From: a bacterium
GTDB lineage: Bacteria > JADJOY01
Direction of reading: 5' to 3'
DNA: 20,031 nt
NCBI GenBank assembly: GCA_046331705.1
Contig: JAXLQJ010000033.1
Location: forward strand, 62,001 to 82,031
Of the stretch, positions 9,001-16,430 are shown in pieces. The position numbers were made by a program, and so were the translations under genes. The notes under the pieces were generated by a model. That model did no database searches. It saw only the letters and a list, made by a program, of their open reading frames with translations, and was not told where the DNA came from. Each line of letters begins with the position of its first letter. Within the stretch, counting starts at the first letter, position 1.

Positions 9001-11400
9001 CGGATCCGGTCCGGAACGGCCGTGCCGCTGGTCGCGGGCGAACACACAGCCCAGGTTCCAAACGACCGGCGCCTCGAGCTCGAAGAGGCGTTCAAGGCTT
9101 CGCCGAAGATCTCCCCCGTGAACGTGCTCGCTTGCTCGCCAACACTCGAGATGGGTATCGACGTCGGCGGCCTCGACGCGATCTTGCTGCGGAACGTCCC
9201 GCCACGACCAGACAACTACGCGCAGCGCGGAGGCCGCGCCGGCCGCCGGACGCGGGTCGGCCTAGTGATCGGCTATGCACGGCGTCGTCCCCACGACCAG
9301 TACTTCTATGAACGCCCCGCGGAGATGATCTCTGGCGAAGTTCCCGCACCGGCATTGGCCCTCGGAAACCGAGACGTGATCCACCGGCACGTCAACGCGA
9401 TCGTTTTCGGCGCAGCCGAACCGGGGCTCTCAGGGCGAATGGTCGACTACGTCACCCCGACCGGCGGTGTGAACGAGGAAAAGCTGAAGGCGTTCATCGA
9501 CGCAGCACGAGCGAAGGTTGGCGAAGCGCTCGACCTAGCGGTCGACGCCTTCGGTCCCGACGTCATCCCCGCTGCCGGCCTCAGCCGAGACGATCTCGAG
9601 CGAAGCCTCACCGAGCTTCCCGACCGGATCCGAGACGTGGTCGAGCGCACGGCTCGCCAGGTCCACGACCTTCATCAGACGATCAGGGCCTGGGCAACCG
9701 ACCTGCTGGGCGCGCGAGCTAGTCAGCGAGCAGGTGAGCTGATCCGTCGCATCCTCGGCATGGCGTCCGAGCGCGGGGCGAACCAGCCGGAAGCCGACGA
9801 TCGGTCAGCCGGATATCCGATGCGCCGGTTCGCCGAGTTCGGAATCTTGCCCGGATACGAGTTCCCGAGTGAGCCCGCCGCACTCCGCCTGCTCGGCGAC
9901 GATCGCGAAGAGGAGCCGGTCACAGTTGCGCGTCGATTCGGGCTCTCGCAGTTTCAGCCAGAGGCTCTGGTCTACGCGCGGTCACGTCGGTGGAAGGTGA
10001 TCGGGCTCGACTCGTCCTCACCGTGGAATCCGCAGGCCGACGTAGCACCCGCGCACTACCGAATCTGTCGCGAATGTGATCTCCGGTACCGCTCGGATCT
10101 GCCACGGTGTGGAAGATGCGGGACCGAGGCGCTAGGGCTACCGATTCCAGCCGCCGAGTACGGCGGGTTCCTTGCGAAGCGCGACGAGCATTCGATCCTG
10201 GACGAAGAAGACCGCCTGGCCGCTGCGGACGCCGTGTCCACCGAGCCGCAGTGGGACGGAGACGTCGTTGGGCGCTGGCTCACCGCCGCCGGTTGGTCGC
10301 TCCGGCTCAGCCGAGGCGAGGAGATCCAGTGGATCAACGAGGGATTACCACCCAGCAAGCCTGACATCGAGGCAGGTCACTACCTCCATCCCGAGGCGAA
10401 GGGGTTCTCACTCTGCCCCGCGTGCGGGGCGATGCTCACGATCCCCCCCGATGAAAAGGCGACCAAGGGCAAGAGCAGGCGGGCGCCCCGAACCTCGGCC
10501 TACCGAGAGGATCGCTACGGCCACCGGAAGGAATGCAACCAGGCCGGGAGCCCCCCCAAGCCCGTTGCGATCTCGACGTCCAGCAAGGCCGAGGTGCTCA
10601 GGCTGCTCGTGCCGGTGCCGTCCGAGCTCCAGGGAACGGAGGCCCGGAGCTGGGGGCTGTCACTCGGCTACGCACTTCGGATCGGCATGCGTCACCTCTA
10701 CATGCTCGACGGACCCGAGATCGAGTTTGAACTAGAGGGGCCCTGGACCAAGAAAAGCGACGGGGGCGAGATCCAGCTCGCGTCGCTCTCGTTCATCGAC
10801 CCGAGCCTCGGCGGAACCGGCTACGCCTCGCGGATCGCGGCCGAGTTTCACCTGGTCGCGCGGCGCGCGATCGATCACCTGGAACACGCCGGCTGCGAGA
10901 CTGCCTGCTATCGATGCCTCAAGTCGTACGCGAACCAGCGGTTCCACGACCTCCTTCGCTGGCCGCTCGCCCTACCCTCGCTCGAGTCGCTTGCAGCCGA
11001 TAAGCCCGTTACACGGCCGCTCGAGACCGGCGATCTCGACGACCCGCGCCCCTGGCTCGAAGCCTTCGCCGCCGGCGTCGGCTCCCCTCTCGAGCTCAAG
11101 TTCCTTCGGCTCTTCGAGAAGCACGGCTTCCATCCGCAGAAGCAGGTTCCTGTGGCCGTTCGGGACGGAGACGCAGCGATCTCGATCGCCGACTTCGCCG
11201 TCCCCGAGAGACGACTCGCGATCTACATCGACGGGGCGTCGTTCCACGTCGGTGCGAATCTTCGGCGTGATCGCCAGATCCGTGAGCGGCTTCGGAATGG
11301 CGATCCGCCGTGGCGGATCGAGGAGCTCCGCGTGAGCGATCTCGCGCTCGGTGCGGAGCTGTTGAGGCGGCTCGGCGCCGAGCCTCACCCCACCCAGTAG
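6091..11400 (+). CDS. Large SF2 DEAD/DEAH-box helicase with Zn ribbons, DUF1998-type domain and C-terminal Vsr/DUF559-like endonuclease (DruE-like / fused DrmAB-like), ~1769 aa
   Basis: Q motif YIHQSDAI, Walker A TGTGSGKTE, YPMNALANDQ, LLTNYMMLEYLL, DEVH, SAT, LVFADSRQDA, EHTAQV, CSPTLEMGIDVG, NYAQRGGRAGR. Many CxxC pairs. DUF1998-like FIDPSLGGTGY...CETACYRCLKSYANQ. C-terminal SPLE...ADF...AIYIDGASFH...RDRQIRERL. GTG 6091 follows an AGGTG RBS-like sequence; GTG 6082 is an alternative start. Confidence 0.92.
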   Translation: MTLNPIRIVDRVIDEYRDYVRTEFRAKDPGLREALERELGRPLFLAQEPFYQAHRPFKSGKRWKDLALDPKLARVMERRSGSECAYIHQSDAIDRLLGSGAGPLVVTTGTGSGKTECFLLPVIQNALEDAARFRKAGLTAILVYPMNALANDQQARIEEYLRDAGMSGAVEVARYDRGTTQAQRQALRRNPPHILLTNYMMLEYLLVRPADRDDIFANHRCRFLVLDEVHTYRGTLGANIALLIRRLRAHLRRARQDWGADAAGPEKGRRFPTLLTIGTSATIKSVAGDEVPPEERTRLRDEAVQGFFGKIAGEDPGSIRVLGEQIEEIREPADAAMASGVSNFPQLNIADLGSLQSGLAALAGVPTSTPLAEAASRARILWLLNRWLVRAPMSVSQMVDRLRTEVPERRETDTDALRSEVEAALLIGSALPEGTPGALRLRAHRLLRGGWAFHRCVDPDCGRVYPMGESKCDCGRSTAPLMLCRNCGADYLRLAGEPASAPLRPWAAGTEAQEWLLYEPTRFTTPIIEPDDEETEEDDEPPTRRTRAAPTVTVPAALAGSFDPSSLAFSVDPTDYRTPVTLSPTRTKCLCCGGTAGNRPVITPVSLGTSAAVKVIGEGLIEALADANRDRPGHDGKERLLVFADSRQDASHQARFILSASRYDRMRRRVVQILGESGPIGIQRLVELLGDRAVAMHDNPHVPSGSRRLMPEETARIRAWEEAPLLDDIAVTSGYRGTLLNLGLVGVRYQALEAEVGVRGKALAGALGLSTTDLAYVARCLLDEMRRRIALGRDMLRYNPAHASCPSYVDSAQWERRIRRPAGYALSREGTIVTWLDPARVPDGIKAENAWRRDGKGGRDPSLARILKHLVRALGGGDVDADDMVALLELLADAGAVVPFDLFGFRERYALLQVNPAAVVLELTAEETRLRCEVCGAASPFAPLNAPCPRCHGRLIRWPDAALATNRSVRRIRSGTAVPLVAGEHTAQVPNDRRLELEEAFKASPKISPVNVLACSPTLEMGIDVGGLDAILLRNVPPRPDNYAQRGGRAGRRTRVGLVIGYARRRPHDQYFYERPAEMISGEVPAPALALGNRDVIHRHVNAIVFGAAEPGLSGRMVDYVTPTGGVNEEKLKAFIDAARAKVGEALDLAVDAFGPDVIPAAGLSRDDLERSLTELPDRIRDVVERTARQVHDLHQTIRAWATDLLGARASQRAGELIRRILGMASERGANQPEADDRSAGYPMRRFAEFGILPGYEFPSEPAALRLLGDDREEEPVTVARRFGLSQFQPEALVYARSRRWKVIGLDSSSPWNPQADVAPAHYRICRECDLRYRSDLPRCGRCGTEALGLPIPAAEYGGFLAKRDEHSILDEEDRLAAADAVSTEPQWDGDVVGRWLTAAGWSLRLSRGEEIQWINEGLPPSKPDIEAGHYLHPEAKGFSLCPACGAMLTIPPDEKATKGKSRRAPRTSAYREDRYGHRKECNQAGSPPKPVAISTSSKAEVLRLLVPVPSELQGTEARSWGLSLGYALRIGMRHLYMLDGPEIEFELEGPWTKKSDGGEIQLASLSFIDPSLGGTGYASRIAAEFHLVARRAIDHLEHAGCETACYRCLKSYANQRFHDLLRWPLALPSLESLAADKPVTRPLETGDLDDPRPWLEAFAAGVGSPLELKFLRLFEKHGFHPQKQVPVAVRDGDAAISIADFAVPERRLAIYIDGASFHVGANLRRDRQIRERLRNGDPPWRIEELRVSDLALGAELLRRLGAEPHPTQ

Positions 11401-11741
11401 AGGATTCGGCCGCAGTGGCCGCAGGTCTTGACCGAGAGGTTCTGGCGGATGTTCTGCACCCACGCCGTGGGGATCATCATGAAGCAGCCGAGGCAGATGC
11501 CGCCGTCGATGGGGACGATGGCCTCGCCGTAGCGGTCCTTGAGGCCCTGGTAGTGGGCGAGGACCTCGGGATCGAGCTGAGAAGCGCGCTTCGAGCGCAG
11601 CTCGATCAGCTGCTGACGGCGCTCGGGCTGCCACTGGAACCCCAGCTTCTCGAATTGCTGGACGTTGTCCGGAACGTCCAGCTCGGCGAGGCGCTGATCG
11701 ATGTGCTGGATCTCGAGCAAGATGTGAAGCGTTTCGTCCAA
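11385..11741 (-). CDS. Short C4-type zinc-ribbon protein (zf-RING_7/DUF164, CT398/HP0958-like), 118 aa
   Basis: N-terminal LLEIQHIDQRLAEL and C-terminal ICLGCFMMIP...TCGHCGRILY. TTG start preceded by a GGAGA RBS. The 3' end overlaps the convergent helicase gene by 16 bp. Confidence 0.85.
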   Translation of the reverse strand: MDETLHILLEIQHIDQRLAELDVPDNVQQFEKLGFQWQPERRQQLIELRSKRASQLDPEVLAHYQGLKDRYGEAIVPIDGGICLGCFMMIPTAWVQNIRQNLSVKTCGHCGRILYWVG

Positions 11742-11778
11742 GCCTGATTCTCCCGACGGCGGGCCGCGATCCCGTCCG

Positions 11779-12309
11779 TCACGTGGTGGCCGCGAGGGCC
11801 TCGACGAACTGCTCGAACGTTTCGATCTCCATCAGCTTGTCGCGGTTGGGCTTGGCGCGAACCAGCTCCACGAGCTTGCCGAGCGTGGGCAGATAGACGT
11901 TGCCGCGATCCTGGAAAGGCGCCACCACCAGGAAGATCAGGTTGACCGGCTCGCCATCGCGCGCGCCGTAGTCGATGCCGGTCTTCGAGCGCCCGAACAC
12001 GACGCGCAGGTGACGAGTGAGAAGCGTGCGTCCGTGCGGGATCGCGACGCCGCGGCCGATGCCCGTGGTGCCGAGCATCTCGCGATGGTGCAGCATGCTC
12101 AGCAGGGTCTGCTTGTTCTGCTTGCCGAGGGTCGTGCAGAGCGCATCGACCATCTCCTCGAACGCCTCGGCCTTGTTGCGCGACTTGAGATCCGGGAGGA
12201 ACAGCGCTTCGTCGAAGAATGCGGCGAGCCCGGTGAGCTGGGGCTTGGCCACGGGCTTCGCGGACGCCGACTTGGCGCCTTTCGACGGCGTTTTCTTGGC
12301 GGTTGGCAT
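11779..12309 (-). CDS. PTS sugar transporter subunit IIA / nitrogen-regulatory EIIA (PtsN-like), 176 aa
   Basis: HREMLGTTGIGRGVAIPHGR (phospho-His motif) and GIDYGARDGEPVNLIFLVVAP. ATG at 12309 is preceded by a GAGGT RBS. The longer ORF-track extension to 12972 overlaps the hydrolase gene and is spurious. Confidence 0.9.
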   Translation of the reverse strand: MPTAKKTPSKGAKSASAKPVAKPQLTGLAAFFDEALFLPDLKSRNKAEAFEEMVDALCTTLGKQNKQTLLSMLHHREMLGTTGIGRGVAIPHGRTLLTRHLRVVFGRSKTGIDYGARDGEPVNLIFLVVAPFQDRGNVYLPTLGKLVELVRAKPNRDKLMEIETFEQFVEALAATT

Positions 12310-12337
12310 GCGACCTCGATGACGAGCGGATCCAGCG

Positions 12338-12366
12338 ATCCTAACGCGCTGCGTTGCGGCCAGCAA
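12338..12366 (-). promoter_or_regulatory. Putative sigma70-type promoter for the EIIA / zinc-ribbon pair
   Basis: Minus strand TTGCTG (12366-12361), 17-bp spacer, TAGGAT (12343-12338), about 30 nt upstream of ATG 12309. Confidence 0.55.
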
Positions 12367-12398
12367 CCACCACGAATCTACGCAATTCTCGGCGGATT

Positions 12399-13427
12399 TC
12401 AGTGCTCCGCCAGGAACGCGTCGACGGCCTCCCAGAAGGCCAGATGGTTGCGCTCCACCGTGATGTAGTGGGTGCCGTTGGGCACCTCGACCAGCGCCTT
12501 GTCGGCGCTGCCGAGCGCCTCGAGCAGCAGATTCGCGCCGCGCGTGTTGGTCTCGGGATCGTCGCTGCCGCGGATGACGAGCGCGGGGGCCGTCACTCGC
12601 GATGGGTCGTAGGGCGGATGGCCGAGGAGAACCTCGTAGCTGTCGGCGAGCATCCCGTTGGGCACGCGCACCGACGCGGGGTCGCGCGTCGCCGCGCTCT
12701 CGTCCGACGCCAGGAAGTCCCGCACCCACGTGTCGAAGACCTCGGGATCGCGGTAGGCCGACTTGTCCTCCACGGGGATCATCCGGTCCCAGCGCTCGGC
12801 GACGTCCGCTGCCGACGTGAGCCGGTAGGCGCCCACCAGATTGGTGATCGACCCGTCGGGGTCGAAGGGCGGCAACCCGAGCGAGGAGAGCGGCCCGAAC
12901 GTCGCGCCGTAGAGCACGAGCGCTTGGACCCGCTCGGGCCGCTTGGCGGCGAACGCGAGCGCCGGCGCGCATCCCGCGGACCAGCAGATCACGTGCAGCC
13001 GCTCGTCACCGGTGCGCGCCGCGACGTCGTCGGCCACCAGCTCCGCCTGCGGCTCGACCACCACGGTGCGCGTGAGCGGGTGGTTCCGATTCGCCGCCTC
13101 GTCGAGCTCGGGCGGGTCCGAGGATTCGCCGTATCCGGTCGGGTCCCAGCGGAAGACCCGGTAGCCCTCGGCGGCCAGGTGCTCGCTCCACGAGTAGCCC
13201 GGCACGGCGAGATCGAACGCCACCGCCGCCGGCGTGGTGGCTCCCATGAAGAAGAGCACCACCTCGCCGCCGGCGCGCGCGACGCCGTGCGCTTGCGCGC
13301 CCACGAGCTGGTAGCTCCCATCGGCGGGCGCCCAGGTGAGCCGCTCGTCGACCACGTCCCCGCTCGGCTGCGAGCGGGCGCAGCCGGCCACGATCGCCGA
13401 GAGCAGCAGGAACAGGCGCGCGCGCAT
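12399..13427 (-). CDS. Alpha/beta-fold hydrolase, predicted lipoprotein, 342 aa
   Basis: Signal peptide and lipobox MRARLFLLLSAIVAG-C. LAAEGYRVFRWDPTGYGES, nucleophile elbow CWSAG, ALVIRGSDD (acid) and VPNGTHY (His). Confidence 0.88.
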   Translation of the reverse strand: MRARLFLLLSAIVAGCARSQPSGDVVDERLTWAPADGSYQLVGAQAHGVARAGGEVVLFFMGATTPAAVAFDLAVPGYSWSEHLAAEGYRVFRWDPTGYGESSDPPELDEAANRNHPLTRTVVVEPQAELVADDVAARTGDERLHVICWSAGCAPALAFAAKRPERVQALVLYGATFGPLSSLGLPPFDPDGSITNLVGAYRLTSAADVAERWDRMIPVEDKSAYRDPEVFDTWVRDFLASDESAATRDPASVRVPNGMLADSYEVLLGHPPYDPSRVTAPALVIRGSDDPETNTRGANLLLEALGSADKALVEVPNGTHYITVERNHLAFWEAVDAFLAEH

Positions 13428-13457
13428 CGATCGCTCGTGCTTCGCCGTGAGCACGCG

Positions 13458-13509
13458 AACCATAGCAGCAGCGCGCGGGACACGGGGGCGACGGCCCCTT
13501 TGCTATGTT
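13458..13509. promoter_or_regulatory. Divergent pair of extended -10 promoter elements
   Basis: Minus strand TGCTATGGT (13467-13459) faces the hydrolase. Plus strand TGCTATGTT (13501-13509) lies 6 nt before GTG 13516 of the SNF2 gene. Both fit TGnTAnnnT. Confidence 0.5.
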
Positions 13510-13515
13510 CCCCGC

Positions 13516-16113
13516 GTGAGCCTGAGACGGATCCCGCCACGATCGCGCGGCGCTCCCAGCTCCGCGCCCGCCGAGAGCGCGGCGGCGCTCGTGCCGCCTG
13601 GCGATTGGCAGGTGATGACGCCCGGCGACGAGCGGCGCTTCCATCCGCTCTACGTCTCGCTCCACGAGGGAGCGCTGAAGCTCGCCTTCGGGCGCGCGTT
13701 CGACGAGCGCGCCTGGGTCCGCACCAAGGATGCGGTGAAAGCATCGGGGGCGCGTTTCGCGCGCGACGTCGAGGCCTGGCTGCTGCCGATCGGCGACTTC
13801 GCGCTCGATCGGATCGTGGGGCTCACGGTGTTGGCCGAGCCGGACGCGCGCGCAGCGATCGACGCGGCACGCCACGCGCTGCGCCACCGCTTCGATCACC
13901 TCCCGCCCGCCGCGCGTCAGTTCCGGCCCGGCATCCGCCAGCTCACGCCCGACGAGATCCGCGCCCATCCGTCGCTCAGCGAGTCCGAGAAGACCTTCGC
14001 GTGCGACGTGCGCAACACCCGCCCCGCGGATCTCTCGCCACGCCAGCGCGACTGGCTGAAGCGCATCGACGCACGGCACCGCGCGCGGCTCGACGAGGAT
14101 CCGGCGTTGGTCGAGGCGCTGTTCCGGGCGCGCGCCGAGCGGCTCATGAGCACGGCGGTCACGCGCGGCGGCGCCAGTGCGGCACGCCCCGAGCCCGAGC
14201 CCGCGGCGCCCCGCAGGCCGCGGCGCGAGGCGCCCGCGCTCTCGGCCCCCGAGGCCCGTCGCAAGCGAGCCGCCGCCAAGCCCGCCGTCGAGGCGGTTTC
14301 GCCGCCGGCCGCGCCCGCGCCGCCCGACGACGCCGAGCTGGTGCTCTTCCAGCCGCGCATCGAGGACCTGGCACGGGAGGACCTGCGCCGCCTGCCGATC
14401 TTCCAGCCCGACGATCGCATCGAGCTCAGGAAGATCCTCACCGGCGGGACGTCGATCTGGGCGAACGAGCTTCAGCTGCGCCTCGACTCGTATCTCGAGG
14501 CGCATCCCGAGGCGCGCATGGCGCTCTTCCAGGCACACGCGGCGCGGCGCCTCGCGGCGGAGGCCGACCAACGGGCGCGGGAGCGGATCGAGCGAGCGAA
14601 GGACGACGATCGCTTCGCGCTGCCGCGCGGCTTCCGCCGCGAGAACCTCGCCGCCGGTGACCTTCACGGCTATCAGCGCAAGGGAGTCCAGTGGTTGCTG
14701 ACCGTGCGCCGCGGCATCCTCGCCCACGACGTCGGCCTGGGTAAGACGGTGCAGGCGATCGCCGCGGCGGCGGCGCTCATGGATCGCGGCGAGGCGAAGC
14801 GCGCGCTGATCGTGGTGCCGAAGCCGCGCCTGGTCGGCTGGGAGCGCGAGATCCGCCGCTTCACCGATCGGGGCGTGATCGCCGTCTTCGGAGATCGCGA
14901 CGCCCGTCTGGCGGCGTATCGCCGCGCGGCCCGGGTGCCGTTCGTGATCGTCGGCTATCACGCGCTCCAGCGCGAGGTTCCCGAGCTCGTCGGTCTGGAC
15001 GCGGACGTGCTGATCGTCGACGAGGCGCACCGACTGAAGGGCTCGAAGACGCTCGCGTCCGTGGGGTTTCGGCAGCTCGCCAGCGCGCCCTACGCGTTCT
15101 TCCTCACGGCGACGCCCATGCCCAACCGCCCCGAAGAGCTACACGCGCTCCTCGGCCATCTCCATCCCAAGCTGCTGGGGTCGCTGTGGGGCGACTTCGC
15201 GCCGCGCTACGCGATCGTCGAGCGGCTCAAGCTGCGCGGGCGGCGCCGCCCCGTCTTCCACATCAAGGGCTATCGCAACCTCGACGAGCTCCGGCGACGG
15301 ATCTCGCCCTACGTCTTCCTGAAGAGCGCCACCGATGCCGATGTGTCGCTCGACCTGCCGCCGCTGCGCGAGCTGGTGATCGAGCTGGGGCTCGCCGCCG
15401 AGCAAGAGGAGCTCTACCGCAATCTGCGCCAGGACGCGGCCAAGACGCTCGCCGCCATCGATCCACGGCGCTTCGGCCCGCGCGAGCGCGCCAGCTTGCT
15501 CACCCACATCCTCAGGCTCGAGCAGGTCGCGATCTCGCCGCTGCTCGTCGATCACGGCTACCGCGGCGCCAGCCCGAAGATCGACGAGACGGTGGAGCTG
15601 GTCATGGAGCGGCTGGAGCGCGAAGCGGCCGGAACGATCGTGTTCTGCCGATTCCTCGACGTGCTGGCGGCCCTGCGCCGGGCGCTGGAACACCGCGGCG
15701 TGAGCCCGGCGAGCATCGCGTCCATCGAGGGCAACGTGCCGGCCACCGAGATCGACGCCATCGAGCAGGGCTTTCGCGCGGGGCGCTTCCGGGTGCTGCT
15801 GGCGAGCGACGCCGCCAAGGAAGGGCTCAACCTGCAGGGCTGCGCCGACCTGCTGATCCACCTCGACGTCCCGTGGGTTCCGAACGTGGTGCACCAGCGG
15901 AACGGTCGGATCTACCGCCAGGGTCAGCACCGACCCGTGACGATCATGCACTTTCGCGTCCCGAGGACGATCGAGGAACGCAAGGCGGCGACGCTCGAGC
16001 GCAAGAGCGGCTGGATCGCCGAGGTGCTGGGCACGGGCGTCGCCAGCGTGGAGACCGCGCTCAACCTCGAGGATCTGCGGGCGCTGCTCGCCGACGACGC
16101 CGCCGCCGAGTGA
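13516..16113 (+). CDS. SNF2-family helicase/ATPase with an N-terminal extension, ~865 aa
   Basis: LHGYQRKGVQWL, GILAHDVGLGKT, IVDEAH, LTATPMPNRPEEL, SPKID, IVFCRF, DAAKEGLNLQ, DVPWVP, QRNGRIYRQGQ. The start is uncertain: GTG 13516 preferred, ATG 13615 possible. The ORF-track start 13336 overlaps the divergent hydrolase gene. Confidence 0.9.
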   Translation: MSLRRIPPRSRGAPSSAPAESAAALVPPGDWQVMTPGDERRFHPLYVSLHEGALKLAFGRAFDERAWVRTKDAVKASGARFARDVEAWLLPIGDFALDRIVGLTVLAEPDARAAIDAARHALRHRFDHLPPAARQFRPGIRQLTPDEIRAHPSLSESEKTFACDVRNTRPADLSPRQRDWLKRIDARHRARLDEDPALVEALFRARAERLMSTAVTRGGASAARPEPEPAAPRRPRREAPALSAPEARRKRAAAKPAVEAVSPPAAPAPPDDAELVLFQPRIEDLAREDLRRLPIFQPDDRIELRKILTGGTSIWANELQLRLDSYLEAHPEARMALFQAHAARRLAAEADQRARERIERAKDDDRFALPRGFRRENLAAGDLHGYQRKGVQWLLTVRRGILAHDVGLGKTVQAIAAAAALMDRGEAKRALIVVPKPRLVGWEREIRRFTDRGVIAVFGDRDARLAAYRRAARVPFVIVGYHALQREVPELVGLDADVLIVDEAHRLKGSKTLASVGFRQLASAPYAFFLTATPMPNRPEELHALLGHLHPKLLGSLWGDFAPRYAIVERLKLRGRRRPVFHIKGYRNLDELRRRISPYVFLKSATDADVSLDLPPLRELVIELGLAAEQEELYRNLRQDAAKTLAAIDPRRFGPRERASLLTHILRLEQVAISPLLVDHGYRGASPKIDETVELVMERLEREAAGTIVFCRFLDVLAALRRALEHRGVSPASIASIEGNVPATEIDAIEQGFRAGRFRVLLASDAAKEGLNLQGCADLLIHLDVPWVPNVVHQRNGRIYRQGQHRPVTIMHFRVPRTIEERKAATLERKSGWIAEVLGTGVASVETALNLEDLRALLADDAAAE

Positions 16114-16430
16114 GCATCCGCACCGCGCCCGAGCCGCCGGAACGCTCGCGCGAGGCGAACGCCCGCCTGGAGTCTCGCAAGCCCCGAGACGCAGGACGCA
16201 ACACGCTTGCAACTCGCGCGAGGGCGAGGCAGCGCGCGCCTCGTTCTCGCGGCTCGATCCGCGCGAATCGGCTAGCGCGCGGGATTTCCCGCCGTGCCGT
16301 GCGCCTGGTGCCGTGACGCCGATGGGTATGTTTCTTGAAGAGATAGGTGCCGAAGACTGCTACGCTGCACCGCCCGCGTCGGTCCGCGCTTCGACCGCGC
16401 GCGACGCGTCGCGCGCTTCCCGCCTCTTTC

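Noticed and set aside
13516-16113. SNF2 gene as the DrmD component of the defence locus
   Set aside because: It is separated from the locus by three opposite-strand, backbone-style genes, has its own predicted promoter and more GC-ending codons, and DrmD normally lies next to the methylase. A link cannot be excluded but nothing here supports it.
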